DNA of 64,000 nucleotides from Candidatus Krumholzibacteriia bacterium (lineage in GTDB: Bacteria > Krumholzibacteriota > Krumholzibacteriia > JAJRXK01): positions 32,001-96,000 of the forward strand of contig JBGPIA010000010.1 in the NCBI GenBank assembly GCA_041484665.1, written 5' to 3'. The position numbers and the translations under genes are program-made. Below the pieces are notes generated by a model. That model did not search any database and had not been told where the DNA came from. It saw nothing but the letters and a program-made list of their open reading frames with translations. Of this stretch, positions 19,361 to 28,671 are shown piece after piece; the first letter of the stretch is position 1; the number at the start of each line of letters is the position of its first letter.

Positions 19361-20419
19361 TCACATGCGCGAGCCCAGGAAGCCGGACAGCACCACCAGC
19401 TCGTCCTCCCCCGCGTCGGCGCCGGAGCCGCCCTTGCCCTGCGCGGAGTGCTCGGGCTGCACTTCGCGCACGAGATCCGCGGATGTGATATTCGCCGGGT
19501 CGATCGGCTTGAAGGCGAAGCGGCCGTTGACCGGCTTGGACGACTCGGTGGCGGGCTTGGATGAGCCGCTCGCGGGCTTGGACGACCCGTTGGCCGGCAG
19601 CGCCGCCCCGCTCCGGGTACGGCCGGCGGCGGGTTGCGGCCGCGCGGGCTCGTCCACCACCGGCGTGAAGACCCTCGACGGCGTCTCGCGCGCGCCCGAC
19701 AGCAACGCGTCGAGCGTCCGCTGGCGCAGCTGCATCGCCGCATCGACGAAAGCCTGCAGGTCCCCGCGGTACGCCGGGCGCAGCGAGTGCACGATCGCCT
19801 TCTGGCGGTGCAGCTCCAGGTGGAGCTGGACACCCGGACTGGAGGGGGTCACCGCGGCGACGTGGGAGAGCAGCTGTGGCGCCAGCGCCGCGGCGCGAGC
19901 GTCCATGCGCGTGGGGTTGACCTCCCACGTCAGGCGCAGGCGGCGCGGAGGGCGCGGGCGGCCGCGCATCGCTGCAAAGACCGACCCGACGCGACGCAGC
20001 AGCGCGCCGAAGCCTCGCGCATCGTCGTCGTCGATGTCGCCGGCAGCCCGGCGCACGGGCTCGATCCGGCAGTCTTCCAGCCCCTGGATGCGCGTCTCGA
20101 AGAGCAGCGCGTGATGCCGGGTCCCGGCCACCCTGCGCATGCAGATGTAATACGTTCCGTGCGGGTCGCTGCCCAGCAGCAGGTCCTCCAGCTGCACGCG
20201 GTGCTCCTCGCCGCGGTACACGCGCGCGATCTCCCCGGCCCGCTCTGGCACGTGATCGGACAAGAGCGTGAAGCCGCGCTTGGCGGCGAACATGCGCAAC
20301 GCAATCGTTCGCGCAGCCGCCTGCTTCGCGCGGCGCGCGGCGATTACGTTGCGCACGATGATGAGGAACGCTCCGACAGCGACGCCGAACGCGATTCCCG
20401 TCAAGAGGGTCGCGGACAT
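19361..20419 (-). CDS. Hypothetical protein with N-terminal membrane anchor
   Basis: GGAGAG RBS, hydrophobic N-terminus and globular core. Three 21-bp SSKP repeats at 19531-19593. Confidence 0.65.
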   Translation of the reverse strand: MSATLLTGIAFGVAVGAFLIIVRNVIAARRAKQAAARTIALRMFAAKRGFTLLSDHVPERAGEIARVYRGEEHRVQLEDLLLGSDPHGTYYICMRRVAGTRHHALLFETRIQGLEDCRIEPVRRAAGDIDDDDARGFGALLRRVGSVFAAMRGRPRPPRRLRLTWEVNPTRMDARAAALAPQLLSHVAAVTPSSPGVQLHLELHRQKAIVHSLRPAYRGDLQAFVDAAMQLRQRTLDALLSGARETPSRVFTPVVDEPARPQPAAGRTRSGAALPANGSSKPASGSSKPATESSKPVNGRFAFKPIDPANITSADLVREVQPEHSAQGKGGSGADAGEDELVVLSGFLGSRM

Positions 20420-20762
20420 GGATGGTGCTCTCCAGAAACGACTCGGCTTCCGTCCCTGGCTGTCCACGGCACGTGCAAGAGGCGTGCGCGGTCGCCGCAG
20501 CCGCACGGCCCTCTGCGCGGTGGGCCGCAAACAGCCGGCGCGTGGCCCGCAATGCCTCGGGCGTCGCTGCGGCGCCATACCGCAACGCGGCCGGTCCGGG
20601 TGCCGGCAAGGACGAGCGCGCGGTGGAACCAACGGCGCCGTTCTTCCGCCGCGCGCAGCGGTGCGGGCGAACGCGGCACCGTCCGGGCGCGGCGCCAGCG
20701 CGTTTCGTTCGCAAAACGCCGTCAGGGACCGCCCGCGCCCGCGCGCAGGCGGCGTGCTGCAG

Positions 20763-21028
20763 GCCCCTTGGCCGGTGGAGCCCCGCCCGACGTCCTCGCC
20801 CCACGGCATCCTGCTGGTTGCAGCACAACGCTGACAGCCCCCGGCTCCACGCGCTCTCCGAGCGACTCTCCGCAGCCCGCCGGCCGATTCCTGGGTTCAT
20901 CGGCCGGCGGGCGAGGACTGTCGCGAGGGGAGCGCGTGGAGGCCGGGGGCCTGTGCAGGTCATGCTGCTTCAAAGCGGTGGCTGCGGGGCTGCGGAGTGT
21001 CTCGCGGGGGCTCCACCGGCCAAGGGGC
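20763..21028. other. Long intergenic rod-like inverted repeat; candidate structured ncRNA or hairpin element
   Basis: Perfect stems 20763-20784/21007-21028 (22 bp), 20845-20856/20930-20941 (12 bp) and 20875-20888/20899-20912 (14 bp), plus shorter stems, all on one axis. Confidence 0.8.
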
Positions 21029-21237
21029 GCGGTCACGAGCGCTGCTCGGATCGCTGGCCGCCCGGGCGCGCTGCCCTGCGCGGCGCTCGTGGCTGCGCTG
21101 CAAGCGCGGATTCGGCGGCGAAAAGCGCTGCGGCCGAGATGCCGCTTTACAGCGCGCGCGCGCCGGGGTATTCCATCCACGGGCCTGATCCGACCGCGGG
21201 CCGCTCGCCATTCCACCCTGCCGCCGTTGGAGCCGCC

Positions 21238-21465
21238 ATGGAGACCGTCCGCCACCAGATGGCTGCCAGTGTCGAGCCGTTTGCTGCCATCGATGCCGAC
21301 AGCTCGCCCGTGCCCTCCGGGATCCTCGCGGCCTCCTGCCGCCCGACGCACAGCGCGGACTTCAAGCGCACGTGCCCGAATTGCGGGACGGCGCTGTTCG
21401 ACCGGCAGTGCAAGAGCCGCTGCCCGCGCTGCCACTACTTCAGCGACTGCTCGGATCCCTGGTAG
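21238..21465 (+). CDS. Small CPxCG-type zinc-finger protein
   Basis: GGAG RBS; CPNCG...CKSRCPRCHYFSDCSD. Confidence 0.7.
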   Translation: METVRHQMAASVEPFAAIDADSSPVPSGILAASCRPTHSADFKRTCPNCGTALFDRQCKSRCPRCHYFSDCSDPW

Positions 21466-21507
21466 TCGCCCGGCTGGGCTGGGCCCGTCGCGGCGCGGCG
21501 CGGGCAC

Positions 21508-22218
21508 TCATGCATCCAGCTCGTACGCCGCCTTCAGCCACCGCTTCACCTCGTCGTCGATGTCCGCGAGCGCGGTGATCGGGATCCGGTGGGTGATGCG
21601 GTCCTTCTTCTGATAGCCACCGGTGTCGATCAAGCGCCCCTTCGCCTTCGTCGCCCCCAGGGCGAACCCCAGATCGATGCGCGTTCGGGTCGCGGGCTTG
21701 ATCTGGGCGAAGACGTGGTTGCGGTAGAGCGGCACGATCGTCTAGCACGGGCACACCCGGACGTCCTTGCCCTGCGCGCGACCCAGGCGCAGCAGCGCGC
21801 CGTAGAGCGGCCGCAGGCCCGCTTTCGATCCAGCGAACATCGCCTCGACGTGCTTCGCAGCGGCTGCCAGATAGGCCTGCGGATCACCGTCCTCCAGGCC
21901 TTTGCCCTCCGCCCGCGCGGCGAGCCACCCGGCGGCATTCGTGCCTAGCCCGTGCTCCCGCTTGAGCCAGTCGCGGCGCGCTGGCGCCGTGGACGGCCCG
22001 TGCTTGCGCACGAGCTCGAGCCACTGCGCAAGGCTGCGACCCGTCCGCTCCGGAAGGGTCGCGACCCAGTCCTGCACCATGGCCACGCTGGGATGGACAT
22101 CGTAGGAAGCGGGCTTCGCGGCAGAACTGGAGTTCGAGGCAGAGCGGGGGTTCACGGCCGCCCTGGAGGCGGCCTTGGTCGTGGGTGCAGCGGCTGCCTT
22201 GGACGCTCTCTTGGGCAT
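21508..22218 (-). pseudogene. DUF4287/DUF5655-like protein interrupted by one in-frame TAG at 21742-21744 (nonsense allele, sequencing error or readthrough)
   Basis: ORFs 21742..22230 and 21508..21735 are in the same frame: ...LPERTGRSLAQW...DVRVCPC*TIVPLYRNHVFAQIKP..RIDLGFAL...WLKAAYE. Confidence 0.75.
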
Positions 22219-22269
22219 GACTCGGGACACGATAAGACCTCCTGGAGTTGCAGGGGAGGGCCGGCGACC

Positions 22270-22938
22270 TTAGCTGCCCAGGGGCCGCGCGCGGCGTCGG
22301 GCGCTGTGCCGAGCGCTTCGTGCGGGGGCGCGGACCGTGCCACGGCCTGTGACCTTTGCGGCGAGCTGGCGATAGCGGAAGCAGCCGATCTCGTGGTCGT
22401 TGACCATGCCCACCGCCTGCATGAACGCGTAGCAGATGGTCGGGCCCACGAAGCGGAACCCACGCTGCTTGAGCGCCTTGCTGATCGTGCGGGCGAGCGG
22501 GGTCTCGGGCGGAGCCTGCTTGTAGGATGCCCAGGCGTTGTGGAGGGGCCCTTCGCCGACCATCCCCCACAGATAGGCCGCCAGGCTGCCGTGCTCCCGC
22601 TGCACGGCGATCACCGCCTGCGCATTGGTGATGGCGGACTCGATCTTCAGCCGGTTGCGCACGATGCCGGGATCGCGCAGCAGACGCGCGACCGTGCGGC
22701 GGTCGAAGCGAGCGACCTTGCGTGGGTCGAAACCGGCGAAGGCCAAGCGGTAGCCCTGCCGCTTCTTGAGGATCGTGGACCAGCTCAGGCCGGCCTGGGC
22801 CCCTTCGAGCACCAGCATCTCGAACAGGTGGCGGTCGTCGCGCGAGGGCGCGCCCCACTCGGTGTCGTGGTAGGCGCGCATGAGGGGGTCCTCCCCGGCC
22901 CAGCCGCAGCGGAGCTTGCTCGCGCGCAAAGCAGCCAT
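22270..22938 (-). CDS. tag: DNA-3-methyladenine glycosylase I
   Basis: RCGW, YHDTEWG, LEGAQAGLSW, FVGPTICYAFMQAVGMVNDH..C. Confidence 0.96.
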   Translation of the reverse strand: MAALRASKLRCGWAGEDPLMRAYHDTEWGAPSRDDRHLFEMLVLEGAQAGLSWSTILKKRQGYRLAFAGFDPRKVARFDRRTVARLLRDPGIVRNRLKIESAITNAQAVIAVQREHGSLAAYLWGMVGEGPLHNAWASYKQAPPETPLARTISKALKQRGFRFVGPTICYAFMQAVGMVNDHEIGCFRYRQLAAKVTGRGTVRAPARSARHSARRRARPLGS

Positions 22939-22968
22939 GGCCTCAGCAGATCACCGGCCGTGGTGCTC

Positions 22969-23637
22969 TCATGGTGCCGCCTCGATCAGATGGAACACGC
23001 CCAGCACGTGACGGCTGTGCGCGACGATTCGCAAGCCCGCCCCCCGTACGAGCGCGAGCGGCTCGCGGTTCCAGATGCACCCCGCCACGCGCGCATGGAG
23101 CCCCGCAGTGCGATCCTGCAGCCTGGCCAACACCCCCACGCTGGTGCGTCCGTGCTCCAGCAACAGGATCCGCCCGTCTGGTGCGCAGACGCGCGCCATC
23201 TCGCGCAGGGCGCGCTGCGAATCGGGGATCGTGCAGAGGCTCAGCGTGGATGCGACGGTGTCGAAGGCACCGTCGGGCAGATCCAGGTGCTCGGCATCCA
23301 TCTCGGCCAGGGTCACCGCGCGTCCCAGGCGCTGCGCGTGGCTGCGGGCTCGCGCTAGCATGGCGCTGCTGAGGTCGACGCCCGTCAACTCGACGTCGGG
23401 CGGATAGCAGCCGAGGTTCTTGCCGGTCCCGACCGCGACCTCCAGCGTCTTGCCGCGCGCGCGCGACAACAGCCGCCGGCGCAGCCGGCCCAGGCGCAGC
23501 AGCGCCTCGCCGAACGCCTCCTGGCCGTCGTAGGACGCGGCGAGCTCCTCGTACCTCGCGCGGATCTCGTGCGTGGTGAAGGCCAGCACCGTCGCGGGAT
23601 CTCCCCCGGCGGCGTCCGCTGCGGGCCGGCTCACCAT
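22969..23637 (-). CDS. Class I SAM-dependent methyltransferase (PmtA/UbiE-like)
   Basis: LEVAVGTG, GVDLSSAM, FDTV and LLLEHG motifs. Confidence 0.88.
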   Translation of the reverse strand: MVSRPAADAAGGDPATVLAFTTHEIRARYEELAASYDGQEAFGEALLRLGRLRRRLLSRARGKTLEVAVGTGKNLGCYPPDVELTGVDLSSAMLARARSHAQRLGRAVTLAEMDAEHLDLPDGAFDTVASTLSLCTIPDSQRALREMARVCAPDGRILLLEHGRTSVGVLARLQDRTAGLHARVAGCIWNREPLALVRGAGLRIVAHSRHVLGVFHLIEAAP

Positions 23638-24647
23638 CGGATCAGAGCGGACGCCCAGGTGAAGCCGCTGCCGAAGGCCGCGCACGCCACCAGCATCCCC
23701 GGCTGCAGCCGGCCCGCCTTGACCGCCTCGTCCAGCCCCAGCGGGATGGTGGCGGCCGTGGTGTTGGCGAAGCGCTGGATGGTGTTGAACATCTTGTCCT
23801 CGGACACCTCCAGGTGGCGGGCCACCTGCTCGATGATGCGCAGGTTGGCCTGGTGCAGCACGAACAGGTCCACGTCGGCGATCGAGAGCCCGTTGGCCCG
23901 CAGCGCCTCGTGGATCGCCTCGGGCATGCGGCGCACCGCATGGGTGAAGACCGACTTGCCGTTCATGCCCGGAAAGTGCTCACCCCGCTCGAGGATCTCG
24001 TGGGTGATGCGCGGGCCGTCATAGGTCTGCGACGGCGCCTTCGCCCATAGCTCCTTGGCGAACCGTCCGTCGGCGTGAAGGTGGGTGGACAGGACGTGGG
24101 AGTCGTGGGCGGGATCCTCGACCGTGCACGCCTCCAGCACGGCCGCGCCCGCGCCGTCGCCGAACAGCACGGCCAGGTCGCGCCCGCGGGTCGTGAGATC
24201 CAGCCCCTTGGAGTGGATCTCGGCGCCTACCAAGAGGACGCGCTTGTAGACACCGTTGCGGATGTATTGGTCGGCGATCGACAAACCGTAGACGAAGCCC
24301 GTGCACTGCTGGCGCACATCGAGCGCCGCGATGCCGGGCACCTCCAGCTTGGCCTGCAGGAAGCACGCCGTGCCCGGGAACTCGTGGTCGGGGCTGAGCG
24401 TGGCCAGCAGGAGCATGTCCAGGTCCTCTTTGCGCACGCTCGCGGCGGCGAGAGCCCGCTGGGCGGCTTCCAGCGCGAGATCGGAGGTCGTGGTCGTCCC
24501 GGAGACCCAGTGGCGTTCCCGGATGCCGGTGCGCTGCTGGATCCACTCATCGGAGGTGTCCATCCACTGGCGGAACTCGTCGTTGGTCACGACGCGCGGC
24601 GGGACGTAGCTACCGGTGCCGACGATCCGGGAGCGCAGCTGGGCCAT
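23631..24647 (-). CDS. fabH: Beta-ketoacyl-ACP synthase III
   Basis: DTSDEWIQQRTGI; catalytic C (QQCTG), H (HQAN) and N (ANT); FGDGAGA. Confidence 0.94.
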   Translation of the reverse strand: MAQLRSRIVGTGSYVPPRVVTNDEFRQWMDTSDEWIQQRTGIRERHWVSGTTTTSDLALEAAQRALAAASVRKEDLDMLLLATLSPDHEFPGTACFLQAKLEVPGIAALDVRQQCTGFVYGLSIADQYIRNGVYKRVLLVGAEIHSKGLDLTTRGRDLAVLFGDGAGAAVLEACTVEDPAHDSHVLSTHLHADGRFAKELWAKAPSQTYDGPRITHEILERGEHFPGMNGKSVFTHAVRRMPEAIHEALRANGLSIADVDLFVLHQANLRIIEQVARHLEVSEDKMFNTIQRFANTTAATIPLGLDEAVKAGRLQPGMLVACAAFGSGFTWASALIRW

Positions 24648-24764
24648 GATCTCACCCCAAGCGCGAGCGCGCGGGCCGGCGGCGCGCGCAACGGGCGCGG
24701 TCCGCGGCCGGCCGGCCGGGGAAGAGGATGCCGGGGGCGGCCATCATACGCAATCGCCCCCCGG

Positions 24765-24807
24765 ATAAACAATCGCCCCCCGGGGCGGCTGACGGCCCCG
24801 GGGGGCG
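24765..24807 (-). terminator. Intrinsic terminator after the 24870-26819 gene
   Basis: 13-bp stem CGCCCCCCGGGGC/GCCCCGGGGGGCG (24774-24807) followed by ATTGTTTA on the minus strand. Confidence 0.65.
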
Positions 24808-24869
24808 GAAACGCTGCGTCACGCTGGGTGCGGGCCCGCGATCGCGGGAGCCGTCCCCGGCGAGGCCGC

Positions 24870-26819
24870 CTACTTCACGAGGCTCAACTTGACCACCTCG
24901 GGCTCCTGTGTGGCGAAGCGCAGGCGTGCGTAGTACACGCCGCTGCCCACCGCGTGCCCTGAGGCATCGAAGCCGTCCCACACAGCCTCGTGCTTGCCGG
25001 GGTCGAGCATCTCCCGCACCAGCGTGCGCAAGCGCTCGCCGCGTTGGTTGTAGATCGCCAACTCCACGGGGCCCTTGGTCGAGACGACGTAGGCCACCTT
25101 GGTCCTGGGGTTGAACGGATTGGGAGAGACGCCGACGATGTAGGCACCGCGACGCGATGCCGGAGTACCGCCCGGCTGATCGCCCGTGAAGATATTGATC
25201 TGGTCGTCGGAGACGGGCTCGATGGAGTTGCGGCCGAAGCGTCCGTCGAGCATCCCCTCCACGATCTGATTCTGACCGACCGCCCCCACGATGGTGACCC
25301 CGGGAGCGGGGAAGACCACCACCGAGGAGTCGCTCGTGTCCTTGATGCTCCACGAGTTGACGCCGATCGTGTCCATCACCGTCGTCACGAAGGTGCGGAC
25401 GATGACGTTCTCGAGGGCCTCGCTCGTATCCAGGATCGTGGTCGAGTAGCGATCCACCGGCGGCAGCGGATTGCCGAAGCTCACCAGCTCCACCGCGTCG
25501 CCGCGCAGCGGCTGGATCTGCGTGGTGCCGCTGAACTCGGCGATGTGGCCCGAGATGCGGACGCGGTCGCCCACGAACAACGTGTTGAAGCCGCTGCCCT
25601 CGAACACGAACAGCCCGCTCCAGTCGCCGCCCGCTGGATCCTCGACGAGATACTGGCTCTTGATGCCGGTCTGCAGCTGCCCGGGAGACACCGTAATGAT
25701 GCCCTCGACATTCACCAGGCTGTCCCGTGCCGCGAACAGGCTACCCGTCGTGCCGGGAGCCAGCGTCGACTGGATGGTGGTGATGGGCGTCGTGCCCACC
25801 GCCACCTGCAGGAAGGTCGTCGGAGCGCCGCCGGGCAGGCGCGTCACGGTGGCGGAGTTGTCGGTGCCCTCGACGTAGTAATCGATGTGGCCGCTGGTGT
25901 GGGGCGCCGGAACCGTGGCCGACCAGCTATTGCCCCCTCCGTGCGTCATCGCCACGTAGGAGAAGCCCAGCGCTCCAGCATTGCGGTAGTACAGCCGCGC
26001 GCTGGCGATGAACCCGTTGGGGTCGACGATGTCAGCGCTCACGCCCATCGGCGTGCCGGACAAGGGCGTCCACGGATGCGGAGTGACGAGGCTGATGAGC
26101 GGATTGCCGTTGACCAGGTCCGTCTGGCGCCGTGGCTTGAGCTCGAGCAACGCATTGAACGCCGTCATCGGCCCGATGAGGGTGAATTGCGCGCCCTCCG
26201 TGAGCCCAGAGGTGTCGATGTGTGTGTCGCGGTCGAAAAAGACCACCAGGGTGTCGGGGGCGGTCACCAGGTTGATCGTGCCCTGCCCACCCAGCGCCGG
26301 GTTGGGGGGCGGCAGTCCGCCCAGCGCGACACTGCCCGTGACCCCGACCAACCTCCCGACGAGCTCGTAGTCGCCGGCACTGCGCGTCCCGCTGCCGTCG
26401 AAGTCCTTGGCCTGGTGGACGGTCAAAGCCAGCGGCGTGATCTCGGGCCCCGAATTGATGAAGGTCGTCGAAACGGGCGCGCCAAGCTGCAGCTCGCCGC
26501 TGAACGCGCTCACCGTGCCGGTGACCTCGACCGTATCGCCGTAGGCGAGGGTGGGGGCCGCCGTGTTGAAGAATTGGATGCCGCCGGTGGAGTCCTCGAC
26601 GTAGAAGGTGCCGCTGTTGTAGGTCCCCTTGAGCGTAGAGAGTGCACCACGGACCGTCACCACTTGGGCGTTGAACGGCGACGCGGGCACGCCCGCGCTC
26701 GTGTAGACTTGAATATCGGTCATGGGTGTGATCACGGCCCAAGCCGCGGATGCCATGGAGCATACGACTGCCAGCAGAACGAGGGCGGCGAGGGTTCGGA
26801 TCCTGGACGTTTGCAACAT
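24870..26819 (-). CDS. Secreted protein with repeated OB-fold-like modules and C-terminal FlgD-Ig/T9SS-like domain
   Basis: Signal peptide; VTVRG..FYVEDSTGGI..GDTVEVTGTV and a similar later module; C-terminus SPNPFNP..IYNQRGE..WDG..GVYYARL..KLSLVK. Confidence 0.8.
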   Translation of the reverse strand: MLQTSRIRTLAALVLLAVVCSMASAAWAVITPMTDIQVYTSAGVPASPFNAQVVTVRGALSTLKGTYNSGTFYVEDSTGGIQFFNTAAPTLAYGDTVEVTGTVSAFSGELQLGAPVSTTFINSGPEITPLALTVHQAKDFDGSGTRSAGDYELVGRLVGVTGSVALGGLPPPNPALGGQGTINLVTAPDTLVVFFDRDTHIDTSGLTEGAQFTLIGPMTAFNALLELKPRRQTDLVNGNPLISLVTPHPWTPLSGTPMGVSADIVDPNGFIASARLYYRNAGALGFSYVAMTHGGGNSWSATVPAPHTSGHIDYYVEGTDNSATVTRLPGGAPTTFLQVAVGTTPITTIQSTLAPGTTGSLFAARDSLVNVEGIITVSPGQLQTGIKSQYLVEDPAGGDWSGLFVFEGSGFNTLFVGDRVRISGHIAEFSGTTQIQPLRGDAVELVSFGNPLPPVDRYSTTILDTSEALENVIVRTFVTTVMDTIGVNSWSIKDTSDSSVVVFPAPGVTIVGAVGQNQIVEGMLDGRFGRNSIEPVSDDQINIFTGDQPGGTPASRRGAYIVGVSPNPFNPRTKVAYVVSTKGPVELAIYNQRGERLRTLVREMLDPGKHEAVWDGFDASGHAVGSGVYYARLRFATQEPEVVKLSLVK

Positions 26820-26964
26820 GCTGGAGAAGCCTCCTCTCACGGTGGACCGAAGTGGATCCGCTCGTCGGCAATGAGGCGCGAATCCATTGCTGCGCTGTCG
26901 GTCGATGATCGCGATCAGTCTGTGTTCCCGGTCAAGGTCTAAGATCCCAGGGAATTCAACGCGC

Positions 26965-26992
26965 AGTATACCACGCCACGCAGACACCTCAA
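26965..26992 (-). promoter_or_regulatory. Putative sigma70 promoter for the 26819 gene
   Basis: TTGAGG-N16-TATACT with a TG extended -10. Confidence 0.55.
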
Positions 26993-27798
26993 AGCACCCC
27001 GGTATCGCCCCCGTACCGATTGTGTGACCTTCTCCGCCACAGTCCGCCTCGCCCCGGCAGCGCGTAGCGTCCCAGGATCGAAAGGATCGTGAGAGAGGCA
27101 CTCAGGGTTCCGCGCAGCGTTCCGGTGATCTTGCTGCGCCCCACGCGCTTACGGTAGCGGACGGGGACCTCGGTGCAGCGCAGCCCCCCTCCGGCAGCCT
27201 TGAGCTGCATCTCGACGGTCCAGCCGAAGGCGGGCTCCTGCATGCCGAGGGCCTCGAGCGCCCCCCACGCGATCGCGCGGAAGGGCCCCAGGTCGGTGAA
27301 CCGCACCCCGGTCGTCCAGCGGATCAGGCGGCCCGCCAGCCAATTGCCCAGGCGCGCCTGCGGCAGCAGAGCCCCCGGCTCACGCTCGCCGAGCACCCGC
27401 GACCCGATCACCAGGTCAGCCTCCCCCGCCAGCACCGGGCCGGCGACCGCGGGGAGCTCGAGCGGGTCGTCGCTCCAATCGGCGTCGAGGAACACGACGA
27501 CGTCGCACGGGTCCGGCCGCCGGCGGCGGATCTCCGCCAGCGCCGCCAAGCACGCGCGCCCGTAGCCGCGCGCCGGCTCGCGGACGACCACCGCTCCGCG
27601 CGCTTGCGCGACGGAGGCGGTCGCGTCGCGGCTTCCGTTGTCGGCCACGACCACGGTGATGCCCGGGGCGCGCGGCAGCGCGTCGAGAACCAGGCCGATG
27701 GATGCCTCCTCGTCGAGCGCGGGGATCACGATCCAGAGCGGGCGCGCTGGGCCCGCGCCCTCAGCGCCCGCGTGCTCAGTGCCCGCGCGCGAGCTCAC
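26989..27798 (-). CDS. Glycosyltransferase family 2 (DPM-synthase-like)
   Basis: VIPALDEE, ADNGSRD, FLDADWSD, TDLGPFRAI and GWTVEMQ. Confidence 0.92.
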   Translation of the reverse strand: MSSRAGTEHAGAEGAGPARPLWIVIPALDEEASIGLVLDALPRAPGITVVVADNGSRDATASVAQARGAVVVREPARGYGRACLAALAEIRRRRPDPCDVVVFLDADWSDDPLELPAVAGPVLAGEADLVIGSRVLGEREPGALLPQARLGNWLAGRLIRWTTGVRFTDLGPFRAIAWGALEALGMQEPAFGWTVEMQLKAAGGGLRCTEVPVRYRKRVGRSKITGTLRGTLSASLTILSILGRYALPGRGGLWRRRSHNRYGGDTGVL

Positions 27799-28492
27799 GC
27801 AGGCCCTCGATGTTGGGCAGCACGAAGAAGCGGCCCTCGGTCTCGAGCAGTCCGTCGCGTCGGAAGCGGTTGAGCAGCGACGTGGTGGTCTCGCGCGTGG
27901 AGGCGATCAGGTTCGCCAGCTCCTGGTGCGTCACGCGCAGGTGGATGCGCACCTTGCCCGAGGTCTCATGGTGCCCGTGGCGCTCCGCCAGCTGCACGAG
28001 GGCTCCCGCCAGGCGCTGTGGCACGTCATGGAAGGCCAGCGCCTCGATCTGGGAGCGTGCGCCGAGCAGCCGTTCACTCATCTGGCGTGCCACCGCCAAT
28101 GCCACGTCGGGGTTCTCGGCGAGGATGTGCTCGAAGTCCGTGCGGCTGACCTGGCAGACGAGGCATTCGTCCACCGCCTCGGCATAGCCATTGCCGCGCT
28201 CCCCGTGCGCGAGGGCCTCCTCGCCGAAGAACTCGCCCTCCTCGAGGATCGCCAGCGTGATCTCCTTGCCCCGGTCGTCGAAGCGGCTCAGCTTGACCCG
28301 CCCGCCGCGCAGCACGTAGATCGTGTCGCCCGGATCGTCGGGCCCCAGGATCACCTGTCCGCGCTGGTAGGTGGTCTCGACCGCTAGGTTGCAGAGCTTT
28401 TCGAGCGTCTCTTCCTTGAAGCTGTGGAACAGGTTGATACGCTTGAGGTACCAGACCCTGTCGCTGGTCGTCCGGTCGCCGGGAGCCGCCAC
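27776..28492 (-). CDS. Crp/Fnr family transcriptional regulator
   Basis: cNMP-type domain (GEFFGEEAL) and HTH THQELANLIASTRETTT. Confidence 0.93.
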   Translation of the reverse strand: MAAPGDRTTSDRVWYLKRINLFHSFKEETLEKLCNLAVETTYQRGQVILGPDDPGDTIYVLRGGRVKLSRFDDRGKEITLAILEEGEFFGEEALAHGERGNGYAEAVDECLVCQVSRTDFEHILAENPDVALAVARQMSERLLGARSQIEALAFHDVPQRLAGALVQLAERHGHHETSGKVRIHLRVTHQELANLIASTRETTTSLLNRFRRDGLLETEGRFFVLPNIEGLRELARGH

Positions 28493-28671
28493 GGGGTCCT
28501 CCTGCAGGAAGCGGGCACGCGTTGCCGAAGCGGCACCGGCGCGTCCATGGCCGGCGAAGCGTGGGAGCCGCCCCGCCCCAGCGCGTCGCGGAGCGCCCGC
28601 CCGACAGCCTGTCTGATGATCCGGCGCGCACCGGTTGCTTGTCGAGCGGCGCCTTCTGAAGAAGGAGGAGC

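Noticed and set aside
20960..20985. CTTCAAA resembling the tRNA-Sec anticodon loop
   Set aside because: No proper anticodon stem around a 7-nt loop, no GTTCGA T-loop and no acceptor stem.
20586..21198. Extension of the long hairpin to about 600 nt
   Set aside because: Short outer matches (CGCGCCCG/CGGGCGCG, GGTGGAA/TTCCATC) lie near the same axis but could be chance at this GC content. Only the core is claimed.
21742..21744. Genome-wide TAG reassignment
   Set aside because: TAG ends several genes at their natural C-termini (7479, 13024, 36372, 42811).
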